A program made the translations under genes and the position numbers. This document shows, one piece after another, positions 16,526-25,536 of a DNA stretch of 36,871 nt. Numbering within the stretch: position 1 is the stretch's first letter; each line of letters starts with the position of its first letter. Source of the stretch: Candidatus Rokubacteria bacterium GWA2_73_35. GTDB taxonomy: Bacteria > Methylomirabilota > Methylomirabilia > Rokubacteriales > CSP1-6. The notes under the pieces are model-generated. The model was not told where the DNA came from and made no database searches. It was given only the letters and a program-made list of their open reading frames with translations. The stretch covers positions 1-36,871 of the forward strand of contig MGBU01000238.1 in the NCBI GenBank assembly GCA_001790205.1. The letters run 5' to 3'.

Positions 16526-18855
16526 GTCGGCCGCGCCGCCTGCCCCTCTTCTGGAACGTCGTCATCGCGCTGGCGATCGTCTGGGCGCTCCTCGCGTGGG
16601 GCCTGCCCTGGCTCGGGATGTGGGTGACGGGCGGGCCGCGGCCGCTCCCCGTGCCGGGCGTCGTCCGCCTGATCTACCTGCTGCTCGCCCTCGTCGGCGC
16701 GGCGGTCTACGTGACGATCAGCGACGAGTCGCTCCGCGAGTTCCTCCGGCCACCGGTCGCGGGCTTGCGCGGGCCCGACCCGGCCGCGCCGCACGCGCGC
16801 TGGCGCAGGCTCGCGCGCCTGGTCGTCCTCGTCCTCCTTCCGCTGCTCGCGGGCGCCGCCGTCTACGCCCGCACGGCGCCGACGGCCCAGAGCCCGACCA
16901 TCTTGCGGATCCAGCACCCGACGATCCCGGGGGCGTACGAGAAGCGCTCGAACCCGTTCCGTGGGCGGTCCGACGAGGCCGCGATCCTCGCCGAGGGGCG
17001 GGAGATCTTCCAGATCAACTGCCGCCCCTGTCACGGCGACGCCGCCGACGGCGCCGGGCCGATGGCCTGGGGCTTTCGGCTCAAGCCCGCGAATTTCACC
17101 GACGCCGGCACGATCGCCACCGTCGTCGAGTCGTACGCCTTCTGGCGCGTCACCGTGGGCGGGCCCGGCCTGCCGCCGGAGGCGACGCCGTGGGACTCGG
17201 CGATGCCGACCTGGCGCCACGACCTCACCGACGAGCAGAAGTGGAAGGCCGTGATGGCCGCCTACGACCTGGCCGGCGTCGAGCCGCGCAAGCCGGAGAG
17301 GCTCGGCTGGCTCCATCCGTCCGGCGCCTGGGCGCAGACGACGCCCGCGGGGACGCCCGAGGGCCTCGCGCGCGGCAAGCGGATCTACGCGAAGCGCTGC
17401 CAGGCCTGCCACGGCGAGAAGGGCGACGGGCTCGGCCCCGTGGCGCCCTACCTGAACCCGCGGCCGCGCGACTTCACGCTCGGCGCGTTCAAGTTGAGGA
17501 CCACGGGCTCGGGCGAGCCGCCGACGGACGAGGACCTCTTCCGCGTCGTGACGCGCGGCGTCCCCGGCACCGCGATGTCGGGCTGGACGACGCTCTCGGC
17601 CGACGAGCGCTGGCAGGTGATCGCATACCTCAAGACGTTCAGCACCGCGTTCCAGGAGCCGCGCACCGTGGTGAGCGCGGGGCGCGGGCCCGCGGCTTCG
17701 CCGGAGCTGCTCGCCCGGGGCCGGCAGGTCTACCAGAAGGCCAAGTGCTGGGAGTGCCACGGCGAGAGCGGCCGGGGCGACGGGCCCGCGGCGCCGACCC
17801 TGAAGGACGACGCGAAGAACACCATCCGCGCCGCCAATCTCCAGAAGGGCTGGCTCATGAAGGGCGGCCGCGAGGCCGCGGACATCTTCATGCGCTTCTC
17901 CACCGGGGTCGACGGCACCCCCATGCCCTCGTACGCCGACTCGCTCTCCGAGGACGAGCGCTGGGCCCTCGCCCACTACGTGACGTCGCTCCAGACGACG
18001 GAGGAGCCGGGCGCGGAGGTCGTCCTGCGGGCCACCCGGGTCGCGGGCCCATTGCCCGGCGACCCCGCCGATCCCCGCTGGCGGGCGCAGCCCTTCCTCG
18101 CCGTGCCGCTCGCGGGCCAGGTCCTCGCCAGGCCGCGCTGGCAGAACCACGCCGTCGACGTCGTCAGCATCCGCGCCCTCTACGACGAGCGCGCGATCGC
18201 GTTCCTGCTCGAGTGGGACGACCGCTTCGAGGACGTCGAGCACCGGCCCGGTCCCGAGCCGGCGCTCGCCCCGTGGACCTACCCCAGGATCGACCTCGAC
18301 CCCGAGCGCCGGGAGCGGCTGCGGGACGCGATCCGGCTCCAGTTCCCGGTGGCGATCCCGACGGGGCCCGAGCGCCCGCACTTCTTCCTCGGGAACCCCG
18401 GGCGCCCGGTCGCGCTCTGGCACTGGCGCGCCGACGCGAACGGGCGGGGCGACGCCGCCGTCGTCAAGGAGCGCGCCGAGGGGTGGGAGAAGCCCGTCGT
18501 CGAGCTGCCCGCGGCGAGCCAGGACGTGAGCGCCCGCGGGGCGTGGAAGGACGGCCGCTGGCGCGTCGTCCTGACGCGCCCGCTCGGGCCGAAGGACCCC
18601 GCGAGCGACGTGGCCTTCGAGCCCGGCCGCCTCGTGCCCTTCGCGGTCCACGCCTGGGACGGCTCGAACGGCGAGCGCGGGCTCAGGATGTCGCTCTCGT
18701 CCTGGAGCTTCGTCGTCCTCGACGCGCCCCCGCCGGCGACCGTCTACGTCTACCCGCTGCTGGGCGTCGGCCTCGTCGGCGTCGCGGAGTGGTGGCTCGT
18801 CAGGCGCGTGCGGCGGCGGGCGCCTCAGGCCGACGCGGCCGCGCGCGACGCGTAG
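16522..18855 (+). CDS. Membrane-bound triheme c cytochrome fused to an EB_dh (DMSO-reductase type II gamma-like) domain
   Basis: GTGA overlap; three N-terminal TMs; CRPCH, CQACH (PRPRDFT), CWECH; C-terminal EB_dh-like fold (IRALYD..IAFLLEWDD, DAIRLQFP, WKDGRWRVVLTRPL, FAVHAWDGSNGERG) and a C-terminal TM. Confidence 0.82.
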   Translation: MSRPRRLPLFWNVVIALAIVWALLAWGLPWLGMWVTGGPRPLPVPGVVRLIYLLLALVGAAVYVTISDESLREFLRPPVAGLRGPDPAAPHARWRRLARLVVLVLLPLLAGAAVYARTAPTAQSPTILRIQHPTIPGAYEKRSNPFRGRSDEAAILAEGREIFQINCRPCHGDAADGAGPMAWGFRLKPANFTDAGTIATVVESYAFWRVTVGGPGLPPEATPWDSAMPTWRHDLTDEQKWKAVMAAYDLAGVEPRKPERLGWLHPSGAWAQTTPAGTPEGLARGKRIYAKRCQACHGEKGDGLGPVAPYLNPRPRDFTLGAFKLRTTGSGEPPTDEDLFRVVTRGVPGTAMSGWTTLSADERWQVIAYLKTFSTAFQEPRTVVSAGRGPAASPELLARGRQVYQKAKCWECHGESGRGDGPAAPTLKDDAKNTIRAANLQKGWLMKGGREAADIFMRFSTGVDGTPMPSYADSLSEDERWALAHYVTSLQTTEEPGAEVVLRATRVAGPLPGDPADPRWRAQPFLAVPLAGQVLARPRWQNHAVDVVSIRALYDERAIAFLLEWDDRFEDVEHRPGPEPALAPWTYPRIDLDPERRERLRDAIRLQFPVAIPTGPERPHFFLGNPGRPVALWHWRADANGRGDAAVVKERAEGWEKPVVELPAASQDVSARGAWKDGRWRVVLTRPLGPKDPASDVAFEPGRLVPFAVHAWDGSNGERGLRMSLSSWSFVVLDAPPPATVYVYPLLGVGLVGVAEWWLVRRVRRRAPQADAAARDA

Positions 18856-19715
18856 AGCTCGGCGCAGCGGGCGCACACACCGTCGGCGGGCCGCCAGGCC
18901 GGGAAGTCGCGGACGATCGCCGCGAGCGCGCGGCCCGCGAGCGTCGCGCCGGCGACCACGACGGGTCCCGGCAGGTCGCAGAGCCCGCAGCGGGGCCGCG
19001 GGGCGGCCTCCGGACCACCGACGGCGAACGCCATGAGGTCCGCGTGGCTGCGCTGGTCGGCGTCGAAGAAGCGCGCGAAGGCCGACTCGGCGGCCTCGCC
19101 CAGGTAGGCGTACGCGCGCGCGAACTCGCGAAGGCGCTCGGCGCGCGAGCCGGCGGGGAGGCACCCGCGGCGCGCGAGCCGCCCGTCCACGTAGGCGTTC
19201 CAGAGCACGCGGTAGTTCTCGCGGACGAGGTGCTCGCGCGGGCCGCCGGCGACGTCGGCCGGCACCCCCGGCGCGTAGCCGAAGCGCGGGTCGAGCATGT
19301 CGGCCACGTGCAGCAGCTCGCGGCGGAGGAGGACGCCCAGCCGCGCCGGCGCGGCGACGGTCTCGCAGGTCACCCGGACGAGGAGCGTCGGGGAGGCCCC
19401 CGGGGGGACGAGCAGGTCGGCGCCCTCGTCACCACGCCGGCGCGCCCAGGCGACGAGCCAGCGCGCGCAGCGGGCGACGATCGCCGGCCGCTCCTCGAGG
19501 GCCTCGCGGAACGGCCGGTCGAGTCCCAGGCGCGCGAACCACGCCGCGTGGAGCGTGTCGAAGGCCGTCTCGCGCTCGGCGCCCTCGGCGATCCCGTAGA
19601 GCCGGTCGCGCTCGGCGCGGAAGCGTGCCTCCTCCGCCCGCCCGGCCACGGCGAGGAGCACGGCCCCCTCGACGAGACGCGGCTCCCACTCGGGCTCGAG
19701 GCGCGCCGGCGTCAT
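18825..19715 (-). CDS. Hypothetical protein with C-terminal CxxC...CxxC (putative Zn-binding), last gene of the nxr-like operon
   Basis: ATG at 19715 overlaps the TorD stop (ATGA). RELLHVADMLDPRFGY segment, CGLC...CARC. The 3' end overlaps the convergent cytochrome gene by 31 bp. Confidence 0.65.
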   Translation of the reverse strand: MTPARLEPEWEPRLVEGAVLLAVAGRAEEARFRAERDRLYGIAEGAERETAFDTLHAAWFARLGLDRPFREALEERPAIVARCARWLVAWARRRGDEGADLLVPPGASPTLLVRVTCETVAAPARLGVLLRRELLHVADMLDPRFGYAPGVPADVAGGPREHLVRENYRVLWNAYVDGRLARRGCLPAGSRAERLREFARAYAYLGEAAESAFARFFDADQRSHADLMAFAVGGPEAAPRPRCGLCDLPGPVVVAGATLAGRALAAIVRDFPAWRPADGVCARCAELYASRAAASA

Positions 19716-20548
19716 GCCTCGAGCGGGGCGCCGGCCGGCCCGCAGGCCATCGGCGTCGCGTCGGGCGCCGTGGAGCGGAGGCTGAGAAAGGACGGGCCGA
19801 CGGCGACGCCCGCGCGCCCGCACTCGGCGGTGACGACCCCGACGAGCAGGCCGCCGAGCACACCGTAGAACCCATCGGGGTCGAGTCGCGCGAGCGCGCC
19901 GCCGAAGGCGGGCGCCCAGCGGCCCAGGTGGTCGCGGAGGAACAGGCGCGTGGCGCGGCGCGCCTCGTCGCCGAGCGGCGCGTCGCCGAGCGCCGAGGCG
20001 CGCGCCTCGCGCCGCGCCAGGACGAGGAGGAACTCGCACTCGCAGGCGATGTGGTCGGGGCGCTCGCGGGCGCCGGGATCGAGCACGAGGCCGAAGGCGC
20101 GGAAGAACGCCCCGAGGTCGCTCATCTCGCGCTGAGGCGCCCAGAGCGAGTCCTCGCCGTACTCGGTCTCGTAGGGCGACGCCGCGCCGCGCGCGGTGTG
20201 GCCGAACAGGCGGCCGTATGCGAGGCCGAGCGCCTCGCCCGACGGCGCCGGCGCGACGGCGAGCGCCCGCACCAGCGGCGCGAGCGCGGTCCCGTCCGCG
20301 GCGTCGAGCGGCGCGGCCGCCTCGGCGAGCGCGCCCGCCCCCTCGGCCCGTGCGAGCCGCGCGACCGTCTCCTCGGTCGGTGGGCAGAAGCCAAGCACCA
20401 GCGCCTCCCAGAGGGCGCTTCGACAGAGCAAGAGATCCACCGCTTCGAGCGCGGGCTTTGCCCGCGCCTTCGACGGGGGGAGGTTCGGAAGGGGGGCGGA
20501 GCCCCCCTCCGAGCTAGATCGAGTTGGCGTGCCTGCTCGATCGGACAT
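19712..20548 (-). CDS. TorD/DmsD-family molybdoenzyme maturation chaperone
   Basis: YGRLFG, SPYETEY, ERPDHIACECEFL, FLRDHLGRW. Start uncertain: the N-terminus crosses a hairpin element, and an in-frame GTG at 20440 is an alternative. Confidence 0.85.
   Translation of the reverse strand: MSDRAGTPTRSSSEGGSAPLPNLPPSKARAKPALEAVDLLLCRSALWEALVLGFCPPTEETVARLARAEGAGALAEAAAPLDAADGTALAPLVRALAVAPAPSGEALGLAYGRLFGHTARGAASPYETEYGEDSLWAPQREMSDLGAFFRAFGLVLDPGARERPDHIACECEFLLVLARREARASALGDAPLGDEARRATRLFLRDHLGRWAPAFGGALARLDPDGFYGVLGGLLVGVVTAECGRAGVAVGPSFLSLRSTAPDATPMACGPAGAPLEA
20475..20514. repeat. G6-leader + GC hairpin (REP-like element, copy 2) immediately after the nxrB stop
   Basis: GGGGGG-AG then stem GTTCGGAAGGGGGGC / GCCCCCCTCCGAGC with a GGA loop and one bulged A. 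Confidence 0.55.
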
Positions 20549-21779
20549 GGATCGGCTCCTCGACCTTCGTCCGGAACAGCTCCTCGCCGCGCCGCCCGTA
20601 GGCGATCACCGTGTCGTCGTGGACCGTGACCTTCCTGCCGCGCAGCGTGCCCTCGTACACCTTCGGACCCTCGACGACCTTGTAGCCGAAGATGATCTTG
20701 TTCGACCGCCGGAAGAGCTGGAGCACGGCGGTCAGCTCGCGGTCGGGCTTCTCGTAGCGCTCGAGCGCCGCGTCCACGCCGGGGCCGAACATCTGCCGGA
20801 GGTAGGGGCGCGGCACCCAGCGCGGGGGAATGTAGTAGCCGTTCGGCTCGGTGCCGAACTGCGGGTAGAGCGGCAGGGCCACCTTCGCCACATGCACGAG
20901 GTAGTAGAGCGGGTTCTGCCGGTCCTCGGCCCAGGTGCCGTCCGGGTTCAGCCTGACGAGCCCCTGGAGCCGGATCTGGCCGATGCACGCCGCCATGCAG
21001 CGCGTCTCGAGCGGCACGCCGCCGCTCTCCGGGTCCCTGCCCTCGACGCGCGGGTAGCAGGCGACGCACTTCTCCGACACCCGCGTGTTGCCGCGGTACA
21101 TCGACTTCTTGTACGGGCACGCCTCGACGCACTTCCGGTAGCCGCGGCACTCGGCCTGATCGATGAGGACGATCCCGTCCTCGGGCCGCTTGTAGATCGC
21201 CTTGCGCGGGCAGGCGGCCAGACAGGCCGGATACTGGCAGTGGTTGCAGATGCGCGCGAGATAGAAGAACCAGGTCTTGTGCTCCGGCAGCGACTCGCCG
21301 GTCCTGTGGTACTCGCGGGGCTTGCCGCGCTCGCCGACGGGGTTGTCCTCGTAGATGTTCGGCGAGTTCCACTCGTCGTCGGCCGGCAGGTAGCCGAGCA
21401 CGCGCGCGCTGTCGGGGGTCAGCATGCGTGGGGCCTCGAAGATCGTCTGCCCCTCGAACCGACCCCAGGGGCCCCGAGGGTCGCCGGCGGGCGCGCCGGT
21501 CCAGCGCTGGCCGTCCGGGTTTGCGCGCTCGAGCAGCTCCAGGATCTTCATGTCCCAGAACATCGGGTAGCCGCCGTAGGGCTTCGTCTCGACGTTGGCC
21601 CACCACATGTGCTCCTGGCCCTTCGAGAAGGTCCACGTGGACTTGCAGGCCATCGTGCAGCTCTGGCAGGCGATGCAGCGGTTGATGTTGAACACGAACG
21701 CGAACTGCGCGCGGGGATACGCCGCATCGTACGTGTAGGTCATCTCCCGGCCGAGCTGCCAGTTGTGGACGCGCGCCAT
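20514..21779 (-). CDS. nxrB: Nitrite oxidoreductase beta subunit (periplasmic Nitrospira/anammox type), Fe-S protein
   Basis: N-terminus VHNWQLGREM..QFAFVFNINRCIACQSCTMACKSTW..KGQEHMWWANVETKPYGGYP; CNHC..PACLAAC, CRGYRKCVEACPYKK, EKCVACYPR...CMAACIG; PLYPQFGTEPNGYYIPPR. Confidence 0.9.
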   Translation of the reverse strand: MARVHNWQLGREMTYTYDAAYPRAQFAFVFNINRCIACQSCTMACKSTWTFSKGQEHMWWANVETKPYGGYPMFWDMKILELLERANPDGQRWTGAPAGDPRGPWGRFEGQTIFEAPRMLTPDSARVLGYLPADDEWNSPNIYEDNPVGERGKPREYHRTGESLPEHKTWFFYLARICNHCQYPACLAACPRKAIYKRPEDGIVLIDQAECRGYRKCVEACPYKKSMYRGNTRVSEKCVACYPRVEGRDPESGGVPLETRCMAACIGQIRLQGLVRLNPDGTWAEDRQNPLYYLVHVAKVALPLYPQFGTEPNGYYIPPRWVPRPYLRQMFGPGVDAALERYEKPDRELTAVLQLFRRSNKIIFGYKVVEGPKVYEGTLRGRKVTVHDDTVIAYGRRGEELFRTKVEEPIHVRSSRHANSI

Positions 21780-21782
21780 ACG

Positions 21783-22076
21783 CTAGTCCCTCCCGGTCAC
21801 TTCGGCGGCCGGCGGCCCCGTGTGGGCGCCGAACACGCCGACGCACTCCCGGACGATCGCGGTGACTTCGGTCTCCCCGAGCAGTCGAAGAGCGCGGTGG
21901 GCGCCGGCGTAGAACGGCGACCGGAACAGGCCGAGGATCCGCGGCGCGTCGAATCCCATGCGCGCGAACTCCTCGGCGAACACCCAGGCCATGTCCCGCG
22001 TCGCCTCCAGCTCCGCCGGAAGCGCCACGCCCACCAGGACGCCGGGATCGGTCGGATCCGGGTCGCCGTACGGCAC
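21783..22076 (-). CDS. Small hypothetical protein between nxrA and nxrB
   Basis: 97-aa ORF filling the gap exactly (1 bp after the nxrA stop, 3 bp before the nxrB start); protein-like composition (DPDPTDP..GV..MAWVFAEEFARMG..LFRSPFY). Confidence 0.7.
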   Translation of the reverse strand: MPYGDPDPTDPGVLVGVALPAELEATRDMAWVFAEEFARMGFDAPRILGLFRSPFYAGAHRALRLLGETEVTAIVRECVGVFGAHTGPPAAEVTGRD

Positions 22077-22077
22077 G

Positions 22078-25000
22078 CTAGGCCTTCCGGTAGAGGTCGC
22101 CGGCGATGTAGCGCTTCATGAACTCGTTCTCGTTGTCGGGCGTGAATCCGGTCGTCGCGGGCGCCCAGACGCCCCTGCCGCCGAGGCCGCCGTCCTCGGC
22201 CTTGGTGACCTTCACGAGCGTCTCCTTGGGCACCGTGTTGAGCGCGTGGTTGTCCGCCTCGCCGCCGAAGATGAACCCCATGAAGACCTTGGCCTTGTGG
22301 AACAGCGAGTCGGTCTGGTGCATCGGCATGTGCCAGTTGCGCGTGACGGACTGCTGCGAGCCGTAGCGCAGGTTCGCCTGGTAGCCGGTGTTCTCGCTGA
22401 GCGCGCGGCCGTCGGGACGGGTTTCGTGCGCCTTCACGCTCTTCTCGGTGGCGATGAACGGCGCGTGCTTCATCATGACGCAGTCGTACGGGTACGCGTG
22501 GTTGTACTTCACGCGGAGCATGCAGCGCGACACGCGATAGAACGGGTCGTCGGGCCGTGCGCCCAGGTACGGCCGGTCGGCCGGGTTCGCGTCCACGTAA
22601 ACATAATCGCCGTCGTTGATTCCCAGGTCGCGCGCAGCCTGAGGATTCATGTGGAGCTGGTGCTCCCCGACCGAAGGGGCCCGCTTGTCGAGACGGTACG
22701 GATCCCCGAAGTTGGAGTCGTACAGCATGTGCCAGTCCACGTTCGACCAGCCCGAGTGGACGCGGTGGCGCGTCTTCGGCGTGAGACAGTAGAAGTGGTA
22801 GCCCTTCTCCCAGAGGAAGTTCTTCGTCCCTTTGACCCGGCTCCACGGGAGCTTCACGTTGCGGATCGTTCGCTCGTCCCAGTGCTCCGCCGTGAGCGGG
22901 ATCCCGTAGTCGTCCGGGCGAACGAGCGGGTTCGAGGACACGATGACGTTCGGCAAGTACGGCGTCGCCTCCGGGCCCTCGCGGTGCACGATGAAGTTCT
23001 CGCCATACTCGATCGCCTCGGGGACGTCGGCGTACGCGTGGAGCCGCCCGGTGTCGGTGTGGAACGGCTCCGAGTCGTGGACCTGCTCCCAGAACGGGAT
23101 GCGCGGATAGGTGCGGAAGAGCATGAGCGCGCCGCCGCGCGGCCCGTACTTGCCCGCCATGATGTCGGCGAGCCTGTAGCCGGCGGTCGTCGTCGAGGTG
23201 TCGAGCAGGCGCTGGATGTAGACCTCGCGCCCGCCCGCGAGCGCGAACTTGAAGTAGTCGGCGAAGCGCCGGTCGCCGGTGACGTCCGCGAGCGCCTTCG
23301 CGATCCCCGCGAGGATCATCAGGTCGTCGCGGCTGTCGAAGACCGGCGGAATGCCGCCCTTCCAGATCTGGAGGAACGGGTTCGAGCAGCTCGCCGTCAC
23401 CTCGAGCCCCTCGAACTCCAGCCAGCTGTTGGCCGGCAGCGCGATGTCCGCGTACTCGATCGACGCGGTCATCTGGATGTCGATCGCGACGATCATCTCG
23501 ACCTTCGGGTTCACGTTCTTGATGACGCCGTACGCCCACTTGGCGTTGTTGATCAGGTTGACGTTCGTGAAGATGATCGCCTTGCTCGGCGTGGGCATGT
23601 GGGTGTCGCCGGTGAAGTTCCGCCGGCCGTACTTCGGCGTGTCGACGATCAGCGCGAGGTCGCCGTGGTTCCAGTACGCGGGCTCCTCGTCCTTCGTGTA
23701 CGCGTGCGCCTCCACGTCGCGGCCGTGGGCGCCGGGGTCGAGGTTCGGCTGGAACGGGTCCTCGGCGACCCAGCCCTTGAAGCCCGGGCCCGTCTCCTTC
23801 GAGCCCTGGAAGAGGGCCGCCTTGTAGTTCCCCGCCCAGGTGTGGCACCCCGCGCCGGGCTTGCCGATGTTGCCGGTGAGCATCAGCGGCAGGTACGCGG
23901 CGCGGTTCATCTCGGTCGCGTGGAACCAGTGGTTGATCCCCTCGCCCTGGTGGATCGCCACCGGCCTCATCGTGCCGATGTCCTGCGCGAGCTGCCGGAT
24001 CAGGTCCCCGGGCGCCTGGGTGATCTCGACGACCGTGTCGAGGTCGTAGTCCTTGAGGTGCGTGCCGTAGAGGGTCCAGAGGGTGGCGACCTCCACCTCC
24101 GCGCCGTCCACGAGCTTCACCTTCCAGGTTCCGTCGAGAGCCGGCCGGATGCCCTTCGCCGCCATCCGCGCACCGACGTCGTCGCGCGTGAGGGCGCGCA
24201 GGGCCCCCGCCTGCGCGTCCCAGACGACGTAATCGCCGAGCCTGGCGTGCTGCTCGGCCGTGAGTCCCTGGACCTTCACCGAGGGGCCGTCGGGCGCGAG
24301 CGTCGTCCTGTAGCCGGGGAAGACCTCGTGGGCGCGCAGGCGCCGCAGCGTGTCGGTGCGGACGAGGAGCGGGAAGTCGGTGAAGGCCCGGACGAAGCCC
24401 TCGTCGTACCACTTGTTCTCGAGCATCAGGCGCGTGACGCCGAGCCAGAGGGCGGCGTCGGTCTGGGGCCGGATGGGGATCCAGTAGTCCGCCTTGGTGG
24501 ACGGCGGCCCGTACTCGGGCGCGATGACGACGATCTTCGCGCCGCGCTCCATGCACTCGATGAACCAGTGGGAATCGGTGAGCTTGTTCTCCACCAGGTT
24601 CTTGCCGTCCATGATGATGAGCTTGGAGAACCGGAGGTCGTTGAAGTCGCAGTCCGAGGCCTGGAGCCCGTGCACCCAGGGGTGGCCGGGCGCCTGGTCG
24701 CCGTGCCAGGTGTAGTTGGACCAGTTGCGGCCGGCCTTCGCGTCCTTCGATCCGACGCGACGGATCGCCGCGTCGAGCAGCGCGAGGGAGTTGTTGAGCC
24801 GGTACATGCCGTACTTGCCGATGACGCCGAGGAGCCCCATGCCGCCGCGCATCTTGATCGTGCGCGTGCCGGCGCCTCCCATCGCCTCGACCATCTCCGG
24901 CTGGTAGCCCTGCGCGAGCAGGCGCGCCTTCCCGTCCTCGCCGCTGTAGCTTTCGGCGATCTTGACCAGCGCCTTCGCGATGCAGGCGAAGGCGTCCTCC

Positions 25001-25515
25001 CACGCGATCTGGACGAACTCGTCCTGGCCGCGCGCGTCGAACATGTACTTCGTGCGGAGCTCGGGCGTGAGCTCGGGGAAGCCGGCGTCGGCCCACGCCT
25101 TCCAGCCCCTGCGCACGATCGGGTGCTTGAGGCGGTAGGGCCCGTAGAGCACCCGGTGGAACGTGTAGCCCTTGGCGCACTGGCGCGGGTTCCAGTTCGC
25201 GGTGGCGTGGTTGCCGTCGAGGTCGGCATAGGTCTGGTAGTCGTAGGTGTTGCCCAGCCGCGTGACGACGCCGTTGCGCACGAAGGCTCGCACGCGGCAG
25301 GCGTGGGTGTCGTTGGGCGAGCAGACCCAGTCGAAGGTGCGGTCGTAGGCGTACTGGTCGCGGTAGATCTTCTCCCAGTCGCGGGCCACCGAGCCCGCCA
25401 GGGGGTTCTGGTCGGGATCGGCCGCCGCAAGGAGCCTGAGCGGCAGCGCGAGCTCGGTCGCGGCCGCCGTGCCGGCGCCGAGGCCGAGCCAGCGGAGGAA
25501 TTCACGTCGCTCCAT
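22078..25515 (-). CDS. nxrA: Nitrite oxidoreductase alpha subunit, Tat-exported (Nitrospira/anammox-type NXR; direction of catalysis unknown)
   Basis: GAGGAGG RBS, Tat signal MERREFLRW, FS0 motif CSPNDTHACRVRAFVRNG...WNPRQCAKG, Mo-Asp motif NYTWHGDQAPGHP, HREGPEATPYLPNVIVS, TPKTRHRVHS, YGSQQSVTR, NTVPKETLVK; 1145 aa. Confidence 0.9.
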   Translation of the reverse strand: MERREFLRWLGLGAGTAAATELALPLRLLAAADPDQNPLAGSVARDWEKIYRDQYAYDRTFDWVCSPNDTHACRVRAFVRNGVVTRLGNTYDYQTYADLDGNHATANWNPRQCAKGYTFHRVLYGPYRLKHPIVRRGWKAWADAGFPELTPELRTKYMFDARGQDEFVQIAWEDAFACIAKALVKIAESYSGEDGKARLLAQGYQPEMVEAMGGAGTRTIKMRGGMGLLGVIGKYGMYRLNNSLALLDAAIRRVGSKDAKAGRNWSNYTWHGDQAPGHPWVHGLQASDCDFNDLRFSKLIIMDGKNLVENKLTDSHWFIECMERGAKIVVIAPEYGPPSTKADYWIPIRPQTDAALWLGVTRLMLENKWYDEGFVRAFTDFPLLVRTDTLRRLRAHEVFPGYRTTLAPDGPSVKVQGLTAEQHARLGDYVVWDAQAGALRALTRDDVGARMAAKGIRPALDGTWKVKLVDGAEVEVATLWTLYGTHLKDYDLDTVVEITQAPGDLIRQLAQDIGTMRPVAIHQGEGINHWFHATEMNRAAYLPLMLTGNIGKPGAGCHTWAGNYKAALFQGSKETGPGFKGWVAEDPFQPNLDPGAHGRDVEAHAYTKDEEPAYWNHGDLALIVDTPKYGRRNFTGDTHMPTPSKAIIFTNVNLINNAKWAYGVIKNVNPKVEMIVAIDIQMTASIEYADIALPANSWLEFEGLEVTASCSNPFLQIWKGGIPPVFDSRDDLMILAGIAKALADVTGDRRFADYFKFALAGGREVYIQRLLDTSTTTAGYRLADIMAGKYGPRGGALMLFRTYPRIPFWEQVHDSEPFHTDTGRLHAYADVPEAIEYGENFIVHREGPEATPYLPNVIVSSNPLVRPDDYGIPLTAEHWDERTIRNVKLPWSRVKGTKNFLWEKGYHFYCLTPKTRHRVHSGWSNVDWHMLYDSNFGDPYRLDKRAPSVGEHQLHMNPQAARDLGINDGDYVYVDANPADRPYLGARPDDPFYRVSRCMLRVKYNHAYPYDCVMMKHAPFIATEKSVKAHETRPDGRALSENTGYQANLRYGSQQSVTRNWHMPMHQTDSLFHKAKVFMGFIFGGEADNHALNTVPKETLVKVTKAEDGGLGGRGVWAPATTGFTPDNENEFMKRYIAGDLYRKA

Positions 25516-25536
25516 CCGCTTCCTCCTCAGAGCGAG

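Noticed and set aside
20514-25515. Cytoplasmic respiratory nitrate reductase narGH
   Set aside because: Tat signal on the alpha subunit, CSPNDTHAC instead of the NarG HGVNCTGSC motif, and no NarI-type membrane cytochrome b.
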